64,000 nt of DNA from Nitrospirota bacterium (GTDB lineage Bacteria; Nitrospirota; UBA9217), in assembly GCA_963796285.1 (NCBI GenBank), contig CAWCKW010000012.1, positions 1,568,001-1,632,000 of the forward strand. Reading direction: 5' to 3'. A program made the translations under genes and the position numbers. The notes beneath the pieces were generated by a model, which saw only the letters and a list, made by a program, of their open reading frames with translations, made no database searches and was not told the origin of the DNA. Shown piece by piece: positions 51,889 through 62,751 of the stretch (the first letter of the stretch is position 1; the number at the start of each line of letters is the position of its first letter).

Positions 51889-53150
51889 ATGAGCATATTG
51901 GCAATGATCCTTGCCGGCGGCAAAGGAGAACGGCTGCATCCCGCTAACGATCCATCGCGCAAAGCCCGCAGTTCCTTTCGGCGGGATTTACCGGATCATT
52001 GATTTTTCGCTATCGAACTGCATCAATTCCGGGATCCGCAAGATAGCCGTGCTTCCGCAATACAAATCCCTGTCTTTGGACAAACATCTCAGGCTCGCGT
52101 GGAACCTTTTTTCCGGTGAGTTGGACGAATATATCATCTCCGTGCCTCCCCAGCAGCGGGTCGGCGACAAATGGTACCAGGGCACGGCCGATGCCATCTA
52201 CCAGAACATTTACATGATCGAAAAGGATGCTCCGGACCACGTGCTTGTGCTCGCCGGCGACCACATCTACAAGATGGACTATTCCGAGATGTTCCGGTTT
52301 CACAAGGAGCAGAATGCCGATGCGACCGTGGCTGCCATCGAGATACCGAAGAAAAGCGCTGCGGCATTCGGCGTCATCGAGGTTGACAAAGATGATTGCA
52401 GGATCATCGGGTTCGAGGAAAAACCACAGCAATCCAAAGCCGCATTCCCGGCAGGCCCGACCTCGCTTTCGCGTCCATGGGCATCTACCTGTTCAATACG
52501 AGGACCCTGTTGGAATATTTGAAGTCCGACGCGCTCCAGGACACATCCCACGATTTCGGCAAAAACATCATCCCCCAGATGATGAAGGGATCACGTGTCT
52601 GCGCGTACAATTTCAAGGACGAGAACAAAAAAGAAGCCAAATACTGGAGGGACGTCGGAACCATCGATGCCTATTGGGAAGCCAACATGGACCTCGTGAG
52701 CGTGGATCCTCTCCTTAACCTCTACGACAAGGCCTGGCCCATGCGCACCTATCAGGGGCAGAATCCTCCGGTGAAATTCGTATTCGCCCAGGAAAAAAAG
52801 GGAGGCACGCCTCGGCATCGCCCTCGACTCGATTGTTGCGCACGGATGCATCATCTCCGGCGGCCGGGTGCAGAATTCCGTACTCTCGCCGAACGTCCGC
52901 ATCAACAGCTATAGCGAAGTGCACGATTCAATTCTTATGGAGAACGTGGACATCGGCAGGCACTGCCGCATCCGCCGCGCAATCATTGACAAGGACGTCG
53001 TGATCCCACCGGAGACCGAGATCGGGTATAACCGTGAGGAAGACAGGAAGCGCTACCACGTAACCACCTTCGGGCATCGTGGTTATCGCGAAGGGAACGG
53101 AAGTATCGGCAACGAAAACGGCTGCGTCGATTGCGGAAGAAAGGAAGTAA
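51889..53150 (+). CDS. glgC: Glucose-1-phosphate adenylyltransferase, about 4 frameshifts
   Basis: [56 protein letters not shown]. Confidence 0.95.
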
Positions 53151-53321
53151 TACTTACTCGGATGGCAATACCTAAGAAGAGGTGATGTGTTCCGTTTTCT
53201 GCAATGCTTGCCCCTTTATTCATGGCTTCAACTGTTACCGTGACCCTGTTTTACTCAATCCATCGCAGGAGCTCTTTTCAACGAATCGAGGTTCATCTGC
53301 GCCAAACTGTGTTGTTCATGT

Positions 53322-53954
53322 TTATTTATCATCCCACTTCGTCGGCATGACGATATTTCTAAGTTTGAGCCACCAACGCTCCCGCTCCGTCAACAGTTCC
53401 GGGCCGAAGATATTCTTCATTTTTATGAGCGACAGGCGATCAGCCAGACCGACGAGTTCGGTGAAGCAATGACCGATCAGAGGGATGCTTCCCGTATGGA
53501 GTGCTGAGGCCAGGTCCACCACGAATACTTTCCCGTCAACAAATAGAATATTTGTCCGACGGTGCAGATCGAGATGCACCCAGCCGCGCTTATGCAGTTC
53601 ACCTACGATCCGTTCGAACTGGCGTATAACCTCCGGCCCAAGTTCGCCCCGCTCAAAACCGCCAAGGTCCTTACCCTCAAGATACTCGATGGCAAGAGAA
53701 CAAGGAGATAGACGCTTGACGCGAGGCGGCAGCCCCTCGACCCCGCTGAGCGCCTTGTAGGCCCTCGACTCTCGACCGATCACAATGCGGCCGATGAGAT
53801 TCCGTTCCCAGAAACCTTTTTGCGAATAGTCCTTCACAACATACCGGCGCCCCTCGGACCGTGTGATAAACACATCGGCCTTCGTGAATCGGCCCTTGAT
53901 CAGGACCTTCTCGAGATTCGCGATCGCTTCGTCATAAGTCAGACTGGTATGCAT
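53322..53954 (-). CDS. Protein-kinase-like fold protein (RIO/Kdo-like)
   Basis: VVKDY, RE..AY..L, WVHLDL...NIL, VVDLA. Confidence 0.75.
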   Translation of the reverse strand: MHTSLTYDEAIANLEKVLIKGRFTKADVFITRSEGRRYVVKDYSQKGFWERNLIGRIVIGRESRAYKALSGVEGLPPRVKRLSPCSLAIEYLEGKDLGGFERGELGPEVIRQFERIVGELHKRGWVHLDLHRRTNILFVDGKVFVVDLASALHTGSIPLIGHCFTELVGLADRLSLIKMKNIFGPELLTERERWWLKLRNIVMPTKWDDK

Positions 53955-54032
53955 CGTTTGTGTGCGCCGTGAAAAAGTTTCATCATGTTAGAAATACACC
54001 GGGAAAGAGACAAGGACGTTAGCGGCAGGTCA

Positions 54033-54063
54033 AAAGCCTCCTGTCCGGCTGACAGAAGGCTTT
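54033..54063. terminator. Terminator after pepA
   Basis: AAAGCCT(C)CTGTC / GACAG(A)AGGCTTT. Confidence 0.7.
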
Positions 54064-54182
54064 GGTGTAACATCATGGTCGATATCGGATCAATGTTTTT
54101 TCAGGATGGTCAGAATGCTTTCAGACGTTACCTTACTCTGTGTACAAGCCTGAACCTCCCTTTGGATATGCCTATCAGTATT

Positions 54183-55673
54183 TTACTTCTTAAAATCCTG
54201 CAAGAACCCCGTCAGGAGACGCACGCCGATGCCTGTCGCGCCCTTGGGTGTGTAGGGCCGTTCCTTCTCGGTCCAGGCCATCGCAGCGATGTCAAGGTGC
54301 ACCCACGGATACTTCTGCACGAATTTCGAGAGGAGCGCCGCGGCCGTGATCACGCCGCCCGCCCTGCCGCCGGTGTTCTTCATGTCCGCTATGTCGCTCT
54401 TGATCAGCTCGTAGTATTCATCCCAGAGTGGCAATTCCCAAACGCGTTCTCCGGTCCTGTCGCCTGCTGCGCGCATCTGCTGCTTGAAGCGGTCATCAGT
54501 GCCGAGCATGCCGATGGCCTCGTTGCCCAACGCGATGGAGCAGGCTCCGGTGAGCGTGGCGATGTCCACGATCACCGCGGGTTTATATCGACACGCATAC
54601 GTAAGCGCATCGGAAAGAATGAGCCTGCCTTCCGCGTCCGTATTCAAAATTTCTATGGTCCGGCCGGACATGGTGCGGAGCACATCGCCGGGCTTGAACG
54701 CGCTGCCGCTCGGCATATTCTCGGTTACCGGGAGCAAGCCGACGATGTTGAGCGGCAACTTGAGCGCCGCGGCATTCCGGATCGCTCCGAGCACGGCCGC
54801 GCCTCCGGACATATCATCCTTCATCTTGTCCATGTTCTCGGCGGGCTTGATAGAGATGCCGCCGGAGTCGAACGTGATGGCCTTGCCTACGAGCGCGATA
54901 AAGGGCTTCGTGCCGCCCTTCCGGTACTCGACAATAACAAACTTCGGAGGCTGCGCGCTGCCCGCGGCAACACCAAGCAGTGCCCCCATGCCGAGCCGCC
55001 TCATCTGGTCCTTTTCAAGGACCTGGAGCTTGAGCCCGAATTGCCGCGCGATCTCTTTCGCCTTGGTCGCGATGACCGACGGCGTCATATCGGCTGGCGG
55101 CGAACTCACCATGTCCCGCGCCATGATGGTGGACTCGGCAATGACATTGCCGACCTTCACACCCTTCTGCATGGCCCTGACCGCACCGCTGGATTCCGTC
55201 AAGAGGGTGATCGTCAAAGGGTCTTTCTCGCGCTCATTCTGTTCATTGGTTTTATATTTCAGGAACCGGTAGAGCCCCAGCACGCTGCCCTCAGAAAGCG
55301 CCTGTCCCAGCTCTTCAGAATCAAGACCGATCCCATCAGTGACGATCGTGATGCGCTGTGCACCGGCGCTTCTCAACGCAGGCGCTGCCTTGCCCGCGGC
55401 CTGCCGAAGGCGATTACCCGTGAACTCGCTCCGTTTGCCCAATCCCACAAGTAGCAGCCGTTCAGCAGGAAGCCGGCCTTCAGGGTAGAGAAGATGGACC
55501 GCTCCGCTTTTAGGTTTAAACTCACCCTTCCTGATAAGACGCGAGATCATGCCTCCAAGTACTTTATCAACCCGTTCGGCAACCTTGCCTGGCTTCTCAT
55601 TTTCAAAAATCGGAATGACCGCGGCATTGGTCGCATGCTTCTCTATTTTCCCCGCAAGAACATTGATCTTCAT
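54183..55673 (-). CDS. pepA: Leucyl aminopeptidase (M17)
   Basis: GKAITFDSGG, MKDDMSG, NTDAEGRL, ATLTGA, WVHLDIA. Confidence 0.97.
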   Translation of the reverse strand: MKINVLAGKIEKHATNAAVIPIFENEKPGKVAERVDKVLGGMISRLIRKGEFKPKSGAVHLLYPEGRLPAERLLLVGLGKRSEFTGNRLRQAAGKAAPALRSAGAQRITIVTDGIGLDSEELGQALSEGSVLGLYRFLKYKTNEQNEREKDPLTITLLTESSGAVRAMQKGVKVGNVIAESTIMARDMVSSPPADMTPSVIATKAKEIARQFGLKLQVLEKDQMRRLGMGALLGVAAGSAQPPKFVIVEYRKGGTKPFIALVGKAITFDSGGISIKPAENMDKMKDDMSGGAAVLGAIRNAAALKLPLNIVGLLPVTENMPSGSAFKPGDVLRTMSGRTIEILNTDAEGRLILSDALTYACRYKPAVIVDIATLTGACSIALGNEAIGMLGTDDRFKQQMRAAGDRTGERVWELPLWDEYYELIKSDIADMKNTGGRAGGVITAAALLSKFVQKYPWVHLDIAAMAWTEKERPYTPKGATGIGVRLLTGFLQDFKK

Positions 55674-55849
55674 AGGTACCTACTCTGCATAAATTGCTGG
55701 CCACAGACACAGGGAGCGAGAATAACGGGACGCTGTCATAAAAAAACTTCACATCTTTATCCGAGTCTAAAAATCTCTTTCGTCCTTGTGTACTCTGCTG
55801 AGTCCTCTGCCGATGACCGGTGTGCCCCTGAACACTGCAACAATCGGTT

Positions 55850-56557
55850 TTAATCTTTTCTCAACACGACCGGTTCGAGACCTTCGAGCGTAAGTTTGCG
55901 CGCTGCCTGTTCAGCACGGTCTTCGGAAGCGTACGTTCCCACCTGTACCCGATAGAATCTGGCAATGTTTGTTTCAAAAGGCACGATCGAGACCATCCCG
56001 AACCTTGTATTCAGCCGCTCCTTCAGCATCCGCGCGTTCTCTTCCTCAGTAAAGACGGCCGCCTGCACCGTGTACTGCGCTGGATCACGCACTGCCTCAA
56101 TCGTCTCGATCTTTACCCGTGCGGTCCCCTGCGACACAAAGCCCAGCTCTTTGGCCGCTCCATAGGAAAGGTCCAGAAATCGGCTCTTGAAGAACGGCCC
56201 CCGGTCGTTTATTCTTACGGTGATGCTCTTGAAATTATCGAGGTTGGTAACGCGGACAAACGTTCCGAGCGGCAGGGTCCGGTGCGCGGCCGAAAGGCCA
56301 TACATATCGAAGACTTCTCCATTTGCTGTCTGCTTGCCATGGAGTTCCTTGCCGTACCAGGAAGCTATTCCCGTCTCACGGTAGTTCGCTTCCTGTACCG
56401 GTGGTGACGGTACCGGTACCTCAACAGGTGACGGCGCTACGGCGGCAACGGGGGCCGGCGGTACCTGCCCGCCCGCGCAGGCAACGAGCAGCGCTAGGGA
56501 CAGCAGGAGTCCAGTTCCGAAAAGCCGTACACCATTTAAGGGAGGACAGAACCGCAT
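55850..56557 (-). CDS. rlpA: Septal ring lytic transglycosylase RlpA lipoprotein
   Basis: Lipobox; GIASWYG, AAHRTLP, VRINDRGPF, DLSYGAA; SPOR domain. Confidence 0.95.
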   Translation of the reverse strand: MRFCPPLNGVRLFGTGLLLSLALLVACAGGQVPPAPVAAVAPSPVEVPVPSPPVQEANYRETGIASWYGKELHGKQTANGEVFDMYGLSAAHRTLPLGTFVRVTNLDNFKSITVRINDRGPFFKSRFLDLSYGAAKELGFVSQGTARVKIETIEAVRDPAQYTVQAAVFTEEENARMLKERLNTRFGMVSIVPFETNIARFYRVQVGTYASEDRAEQAARKLTLEGLEPVVLRKD

Positions 56558-56570
56558 GCCGGGATACGGA

Positions 56571-56786
56571 TTAAGCAGTCGCGGCAGGTGTCGCGTCGCC
56601 GGCTTTCTTGCCTGATGACTTGTATGCCTTGGCCGTGCGAAGTTTCCGCTGAGCCCGTTTCACCTGTTTGCGCGCCTTGCGTGCTACCGGATCAGCATTG
56701 CCTGCAGCTTTCGAAGTTTTCTCCACGGCAACTTGTTTCAGCTTTTTGATCTTCTCTTGCAACTTTTCCTGATTAACCTTGATCAC
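56571..56786 (-). CDS. Small Lys/Ala-rich basic protein
   Basis: GAGGAGGAG RBS with GTG start; DPVARKARKQVKRAQRK. Confidence 0.75.
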   Translation of the reverse strand: MIKVNQEKLQEKIKKLKQVAVEKTSKAAGNADPVARKARKQVKRAQRKLRTAKAYKSSGKKAGDATPAATA

Positions 56787-56956
56787 GTATACTCCTCCTC
56801 AAAAATATTGGATATTTCTAGACCGACATCGAACACTAATAATAGACAAAAGTCCTCTCGAAATCAAGCTATTTCGTCGTTTTTGTTGTGTCCGTTTTCT
56901 TCGAAGGGATATCTGCGGGAAATGATGGGGGCTACGGGACCACGGCATGCTGAAAC

Positions 56957-56993
56957 AAAAAAAGGGAGTCACCCTTGATCAAGATGACTCCCT
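56957..56993 (-). terminator. Intrinsic terminator
   Basis: AGGGAGTCA / TGACTCCCT followed by a T-tract. Confidence 0.85.
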
Positions 56994-57009
56994 GCGGATG
57001 GTTCCTAAA

Positions 57010-57291
57010 TTAGCAACCTACTGCTGCTTTCGCCTTTGCCGCCTTTACGCTCGTTACTATGCCCTTCTCAACCGTGATCATTACCTTTTCGCCGGCACTC
57101 ACTTTGCCGAGGTCAACGGTCTTGTCAACGTGCATCGTCTCGTCCTTACCGCTATCAGCGGTGACGACAATCGTGCCGGCCTTTGCATCTACGCTCTTGA
57201 TGGTGCCCTTCATGGCATCAGCTGCAAACACCAGAGAAACCAGAGAAACAACGAGAACCACTGCTGCAATAACTGCTGCTACCTTTTTCAT
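57010..57291 (-). CDS. Small exported OB-fold-like protein ending in VGC
   Basis: AGGAGG RBS; signal peptide; GTIKSVDAKAGTIVV..GEKVMI. Confidence 0.8.
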   Translation of the reverse strand: MKKVAAVIAAVVLVVSLVSLVFAADAMKGTIKSVDAKAGTIVVTADSGKDETMHVDKTVDLGKVSAGEKVMITVEKGIVTSVKAAKAKAAVGC

Positions 57292-57655
57292 GTATTCTAA
57301 TCCTCCTTTAGTGGATTGCAAAATCAGTGAGCGCCATGATACCATCTATTACAAAAATATCAAATTTAATTTTTAAATGATATCATTTGAATAGTTCCTA
57401 GCCATTCATGGTACTTTCCATGCTTTCCTCCCATTCCGGTGTGCTATATGGCTAAGGATGGGATAATCGATCATTAATCATCGGATAAACCTCAAAAAAT
57501 ATTCGTTTTCCTCTTTATCTCTCTCGTTACCTCTGATATACTTTTTCAGAATTCACTGTATCAATACTGTTTTGTTTGTTACACGGATTCCGTCCCTGGC
57601 GGGAGTGCAAATTTCACATCGGGACCATAATTCATTCTCGAGGACTGGCAAATTA

Positions 57656-58135
57656 ATGAAAATCATCAATATCACAATAATCAACAATCTTCTGAATAAA
57701 GCCGATGCTTCCATCAGGAGAAGGTCGAATTATAATATCCATGATTCTGCTCAGGATCCGATACAACGTTACCTCGTTGCGTCTAAAATTGATTCCTATT
57801 TTCGGCCGCACCGGCATCAATCAAAGTCCGAGCTGGCCTTTGTTATACGCGGAAAATTTGATTTGCTGATCTTTGACGATAGCGCTCGTATTACTGATAG
57901 AATATCGCTGGGATCCGATTCGGAGAACATGGGCTTTGAATTGCCTCCCAATGTTTGGCACTCATGGTTACCGATGATCGATGATTCAATTTTCCTTGAA
58001 GTGAAAGAAGGGCCATATGATCCGACATCAGGCCTCGAGTTCGCAGGTTGGTCACCACCCGAAGGTGATGTCAGGGTTTCTGACTTTCTGTTTAAAATGA
58101 GGGGATTGACAGTCGGTGACAGTGCTGCCACGTAA
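57656..58135 (+). CDS. WbuC family cupin-fold metalloprotein
   Basis: RRRSNYNIH, IQR, YFRPHRH, WHS, EVKEGPY, FAGWSPPEG. Confidence 0.88.
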   Translation: MKIINITIINNLLNKADASIRRRSNYNIHDSAQDPIQRYLVASKIDSYFRPHRHQSKSELAFVIRGKFDLLIFDDSARITDRISLGSDSENMGFELPPNVWHSWLPMIDDSIFLEVKEGPYDPTSGLEFAGWSPPEGDVRVSDFLFKMRGLTVGDSAAT

Positions 58136-58316
58136 ACCGGCCGTAAGGATCGTAATGAAAGCACACCAACTCAGGGATACGTGACATTTCCTGATGATGT
58201 GCAAATCTTCACGAATAAGGAAATCAGTTTTTCCCCGTGTAACCGCTGCATTTACCCTGGCTCAAGAACCTCCGGGAACTGGCGGCCACTACCTCGTCCA
58301 GGGAGGTTAGTGCAAC

Positions 58317-58356
58317 AAAAAAGGCGCTGTCAATAATCCGGACAACACCTTTTTTC
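58317..58356. terminator. Bidirectional terminator
   Basis: AAAAAAGGCGCTGTC / GACAACACCTTTTTT between convergent genes. Confidence 0.75.
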
Positions 58357-58378
58357 TCGATTCGTTATTTTCCTTAGC

Positions 58379-58912
58379 CTACTCCCCCTCAAATTCCGTA
58401 AGGGAAAATACCTTATACCCCTTCTCTTCCAGTTTCTTGCGTCCCCCTACTTCCGGGAGGTCCACAATGAAGGACATTTCCACTACTTTTGCACCGAGTT
58501 TCTCTACAAGCGCGGCAGAGGCCAGAGCAGTCCCGCCTGTGGCAAGGAGGTCGTCTACGAGCAGTACTCGCTCCCCTTTCTTCAGCGCATCCTTGTGGAT
58601 CTCGATCTTGTCCGTGCCGTATTCAAGAGCATATTCCTGAGAAACGACCTCGGCCGGCAGCTTGCCTTTCTTGCGGATGGGGATGAAACCCTTCCCGAGT
58701 GTGTACGCCAGCGCCGCTCCTATGATAAAACCGCGTGACTCGATGCCTACGATCGTATCGAACTGAAAGTCCGAATGGATATACCGCTGGGTAAGACTGT
58801 CAATGACCAACCGGAACCCCACAGGGTCCTTGATGAGGGTCGTGATATCGCGGAACATGATCCCTTTTTTTGGATAATCCGGAATGGTCCTGATCTTTGA
58901 CTTGATCGGCAT
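58379..58912 (-). CDS. apt: Adenine phosphoribosyltransferase
   Basis: IPDYPKKGIMFRDIT, ESRGF, RKKGKLP, LEYG, VDDLLATGGT. Confidence 0.98.
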   Translation of the reverse strand: MPIKSKIRTIPDYPKKGIMFRDITTLIKDPVGFRLVIDSLTQRYIHSDFQFDTIVGIESRGFIIGAALAYTLGKGFIPIRKKGKLPAEVVSQEYALEYGTDKIEIHKDALKKGERVLLVDDLLATGGTALASAALVEKLGAKVVEMSFIVDLPEVGGRKKLEEKGYKVFSLTEFEGE

Positions 58913-58937
58913 GGCTAAAACTCCTTTTAGAAGGGAC

Positions 58938-59005
58938 TTTCAGGATGGACAGAATAACAAAGAACGGGAGCCTAGATTCTTGTAAATTCTGTCATCCTGT
59001 CAAAA
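58938..59005. repeat. Degenerate palindromic GACAGGAT-type repeat
   Basis: CAGGATGGACAGAAT / ATTCTGTCATCCTG. Confidence 0.6.
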
Positions 59006-59012
59006 TATTTTT

Positions 59013-59594
59013 TCAACAGGGGTCGTCTTCGACATCTCCCAATTCTTTATATTGTTCCACGCCTATCCGATACAGGTCTCCGCCGTAGATATCGTTCACC
59101 ACCACGGCAGGGAAGTCCTCGACATCCAGCCGCATCACCGCCTCGGTCCCCAGTTCGGGGTAAGCGATCACTTCGGCTTTGCGTATCGCCTTTGAGATAA
59201 GAGCGCCCGCGCCGCCGATCGCGGCAAAATAAACAGCCTTGTGTTTCTTGATGGCGTCCTTCACTGCCTGCCCGCGCGGCCCCTTGCCGATCATGCCTTT
59301 GAGGCCCAGTTCGAGCAGATACGGCGTGTACTTGTCCATGCGGTAGCTCGTGGTGGGTCCGGCTGAACCTATCGGCTTGCCTGGCGGTGCCGGGGTCGGC
59401 CCTGTGTAATAAAGGATCTGGTCTTTAAGATCGAAGGGCGGCTTCTCGCCCTTCTTGTGTCCTTCAACAAGGAACTTGTGCGCCATGTCCCTGCCGGTAT
59501 ACATGACGCCGGTGATAAGCACACGGTCGCCGGCTTTGAGCCTCTCGATGATATCGTTGTCCAAGGGAGTATGAAGGACTATAGGTTCAGCCAT
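59013..59594 (-). CDS. Class I fumarate hydratase (Fe-S hydro-lyase) beta subunit
   Basis: TGRDMAH, GPTTSYRMD, MIGKG, GGAGAL, LGTEA. Confidence 0.93.
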   Translation of the reverse strand: MAEPIVLHTPLDNDIIERLKAGDRVLITGVMYTGRDMAHKFLVEGHKKGEKPPFDLKDQILYYTGPTPAPPGKPIGSAGPTTSYRMDKYTPYLLELGLKGMIGKGPRGQAVKDAIKKHKAVYFAAIGGAGALISKAIRKAEVIAYPELGTEAVMRLDVEDFPAVVVNDIYGGDLYRIGVEQYKELGDVEDDPC

Positions 59595-59657
59595 ATATCA
59601 CCATGTGTTGCGTGGGTAACAAATAGTTACTTTCTGTTTTCATTCCGCATTCCGCGA

Positions 59658-60497
59658 TCATAAAATGATCGTCTTATGCCTTGCCGCGTGGCAATTTATG
59701 TTCACCGCGACCGGCAAGCTTGCGATATGGCAGGGGAAACTTTCGACGTGAACTGCCATGGCAGTCACCTTGCCGCCGAACCCTTCAGGGCCGATGCCTG
59801 TCTTGTTCACGGTCTTGAGCAGCGTTTCTTCCAGGCTTGCCAGCTCGAGTTTCGGATTCGGGCTTCCGACAGGCCGGAGGAGCGCTTTTTTCGCAAGCAG
59901 CGCGGCCTTCTCGAAACTTCCGCCGATGCCCACGCCGATCACCACGGGCGGGCAAGGATTTGCGCCGGCCTTTTGCACGCATTCGAGCACAAAGTTCCGG
60001 ATGCCCTCCACCCCATCGGTGGGCCGCAGCATACGGATCACGCTCATATTCTCGCTCCCCGCGCCTTTGGGCATGAACGAGATCTTGAGCTTGTCTCCGG
60101 GCACCAGTTCGGTGTAGACAATGGCAGGTGTGTTGTCGCCGGTGTTCTTGCGCGTGATCGGATCGACCACGGACTTCCGGAGATAACCTTCTTTGTATCC
60201 CTTGCGCACACCCTCGTTGATCGCATCGACGATGAAGCCGTTCTTGATCCTGAGGTCTTGTCCGATCTCGGCAAAAAAGATGGCAATGCCCGTGTCCTGG
60301 CAGATGGGGATGTGTTCATCCTTTGCGATACGGGCGTTCTCCTTCAGGAGTTCTATGATCTCCCGGGCCTCGGGACTCGTCTCGGTCTCGATCGCCCGGT
60401 CAAAGGCAGTGAGCACGTCCTCGCTCAGATTGTACGCCGCGTCGATGCAGATCTGCGCGACATTATCCCTGATCTCGTCTACATGAATTTCGCGCAT
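59658..60497 (-). CDS. Class I fumarate hydratase (Fe-S hydro-lyase) alpha subunit
   Basis: [39 protein letters not shown]. Confidence 0.93.
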   Translation of the reverse strand: MREIHVDEIRDNVAQICIDAAYNLSEDVLTAFDRAIETETSPEAREIIELLKENARIAKDEHIPICQDTGIAIFFAEIGQDLRIKNGFIVDAINEGVRKGYKEGYLRKSVVDPITRKNTGDNTPAIVYTELVPGDKLKISFMPKGAGSENMSVIRMLRPTDGVEGIRNFVLECVQKAGANPCPPVVIGVGIGGSFEKAALLAKKALLRPVGSPNPKLELASLEETLLKTVNKTGIGPEGFGGKVTAMAVHVESFPCHIASLPVAVNINCHAARHKTIIL

Positions 60498-61402
60498 CCT
60501 TGCCTCACCGCCTCTACGGACTTCATGAACGCCGCCTTTTCATCAGAGCTCAGCTTGATCTCCACCACCTGCTCCACACCCTTTTCCCCGAGCTTCACCG
60601 GCACGCCGGAGAACATCCCCTTCACACCGTACTCGCCGTCAAGGTACGCGGAGCAGGGAAGAATCTTCTTCTTGTCCAGCAGCACGGCCTCGACCATCTC
60701 GAGCGTGGCCGCCGCCGGTGCATAGTAGGCGCTGCCGGTCTTGAGCAGGGCAACGATCTCCGCCCCGCCGTTGCGCGTGCGGTCGACGAGCTTGTCGATC
60801 GTTTCTTTGCTCATCAATTCCGTGATCGGTATGCCCGCGACTGATGAATAGCGCGGCAACGGCACCATGGTGTCGCCGTGTCCACCGAGCACAAAGGCAT
60901 GGGTGTTCTCCACGGACACACCGAGCTCCATGGCGATGAACGCGCGGAACCGCGCTGAATCAAGCACCCCTCCCATGCCGATCACCCGCTCCCGGGGGAA
61001 GCCGCAGGCCTTCATCGCAACGAAGGCCATCACGTCCATGGGGTTCGTGACCACGATCATGAACGCCCGGGGTGAACGCTTGCCCGTCTCTTCAGCCACT
61101 TTTTTCACGATGTCGCCGTTCGCCGCAAGAAGATCATCGCGGCTCATGCCCGGCTTCCGCGCCAGTCCGGCGGTGATCACGATGATATCGGACCCCGCGG
61201 TCTCGTCATATCCGTTCGTTCCCGTGATCTTCGAATCGTACCCGAGCACCGGTCCCGATTCCATCAGGTCCAGCGACTTGCCCAGCGGCACGCCTTCCGC
61301 CACATCCATCATCACGACATCCGCGAGCCGGGTCTCCGCGATCCGCTGGACCAGGGTCGCGCCCACATGGCCCGCACCGACAACCGTCACTTTCTTGCGC
61401 AC
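60479..61402 (-). CDS. mdh: Malate dehydrogenase (LDH-like)
   Basis: [39 protein letters not shown]. Confidence 0.96.
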   Translation of the reverse strand: MRKKVTVVGAGHVGATLVQRIAETRLADVVMMDVAEGVPLGKSLDLMESGPVLGYDSKITGTNGYDETAGSDIIVITAGLARKPGMSRDDLLAANGDIVKKVAEETGKRSPRAFMIVVTNPMDVMAFVAMKACGFPRERVIGMGGVLDSARFRAFIAMELGVSVENTHAFVLGGHGDTMVPLPRYSSVAGIPITELMSKETIDKLVDRTRNGGAEIVALLKTGSAYYAPAAATLEMVEAVLLDKKKILPCSAYLDGEYGVKGMFSGVPVKLGEKGVEQVVEIKLSSDEKAAFMKSVEAVRQGCAKFM

Positions 61403-61470
61403 GTACCTACCTCCAGGTATTCACATTGGTTTAAACAGTTCAAAACGATTGACCGGTTCGAACCGTATCA

Positions 61471-62748
61471 CTACAATTTCGTTATTTTCACCTTGCTGAT
61501 CTTCCTGCCTTCCAGCTCCAAGACCTCGAGTTTGAGGTTCTTATATTTGAGCTGTTCGCCCACCTTCGGCATCCTGCCGAAAAGACCGAACACGTACCCG
61601 CCGAGAGTATTGAAGTCGGTTGACTGGAGGTCGGCATCGAGCAGTTCGTTCACTTCGTTCAGCGCCGATTGGCCCGAGACCACGAAATTTTTCTCATCCA
61701 CGATCTGGACTTCCTTGGTCCCGGCCTCGAGTTCATCGTGGATGCTGCCAACGATCTCCTCGATCAGATCTTCAAGCGTCACGAGCCCCGCGGTCCCGCC
61801 GTATTCGTCGATGACAATGGCGAGCTGGAACCGGTTGCGCTGCATTTCCGACAGGAGCTCGCTCACCCGTTTATTCTCGGGGATAAAGTAAGCGGGCCTG
61901 ATGAACCGCTTGATATCATCTTCGCGTTTTACTTCGCCTGATGCCATCGCTACAAGTATGTCTTTGATATACAGGATACCGATCACTGTGTCCACGGTGT
62001 CCTCGATCACGGGGTAGCGTGAATAGCCGAACTCCGACACCAGGGCCAGGACCTCCTGCAGCGTCACGCTCGAGGGGACGCTTACGATCTCGGTCCTCGG
62101 CCTCATTGCCTCCGATGCCAGGGTATCGCCGAACTCAAAGACCTTATGGAGCAGCTCTTTCTCCTCTTCCTTGAGCGAGCCACGCTCTTCGCCGAGATTG
62201 ATCAGGGCCTTGATGTCCTCTTCCGTAACCACGGCGGTGCAGGACATTCCCTGCGGTCCCGGTCCGGCGACCAGGTCCGCCGTTGCGGCAAGCAGCCGGG
62301 ACAGCGGCGACAGGAGCTTTACAACGAGCTGCAGCGGAGCGGAGACAGCGAGTACAAAGCGGTCCGGATTCCTGCAGGCGATCCCCTTTGGAGCAAGCTT
62401 GGCAAAACACACGATGGCAAGGGTTACGATAAGCACGGTAACCATGGCTGCCAGCGGTATCTGCGGGATCAGATGTGCGGTAACGACCATGCTCAAGACC
62501 GCCGTGAGGACGATGAAAAAATTCTCGGCGAGCAGCAGCGTGGAGTGAAGACGGTCGCGCTCCCCCAATAGCAGGAGGACAGTCCCTGCCCGCTTATCGC
62601 CCGATTCCGACAATTCTTGGATGTGTGACTTGTTGGAAAACACAATAGCGGTTTCCGCGGCCCCAAAAAAAGCAGCGAAAAGAATGCTTGCGCCTGCGCC
62701 AACAACCAGCGGCCAGGAGTCGGATATGAATGCGATAAAGGTGTCCAT
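61471..62748 (-). CDS. CNNM/CBS/CorC_HlyC (hemolysin family) transporter
   Basis: AFFGAAETA; TM domain; CBS pair YSRYPV; IDEYGGTAGLVTLEDLIEEIVG; CorC_HlyC C-terminus. Confidence 0.93.
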   Translation of the reverse strand: MDTFIAFISDSWPLVVGAGASILFAAFFGAAETAIVFSNKSHIQELSESGDKRAGTVLLLLGERDRLHSTLLLAENFFIVLTAVLSMVVTAHLIPQIPLAAMVTVLIVTLAIVCFAKLAPKGIACRNPDRFVLAVSAPLQLVVKLLSPLSRLLAATADLVAGPGPQGMSCTAVVTEEDIKALINLGEERGSLKEEEKELLHKVFEFGDTLASEAMRPRTEIVSVPSSVTLQEVLALVSEFGYSRYPVIEDTVDTVIGILYIKDILVAMASGEVKREDDIKRFIRPAYFIPENKRVSELLSEMQRNRFQLAIVIDEYGGTAGLVTLEDLIEEIVGSIHDELEAGTKEVQIVDEKNFVVSGQSALNEVNELLDADLQSTDFNTLGGYVFGLFGRMPKVGEQLKYKNLKLEVLELEGRKISKVKITKL

Positions 62749-62751
62749 GTA

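Noticed and set aside
48946-53150. Programmed frameshifting or pseudogenisation
   Set aside because: Many scattered indels with no common slippery motif, also present in essential genes; assembly error is simpler
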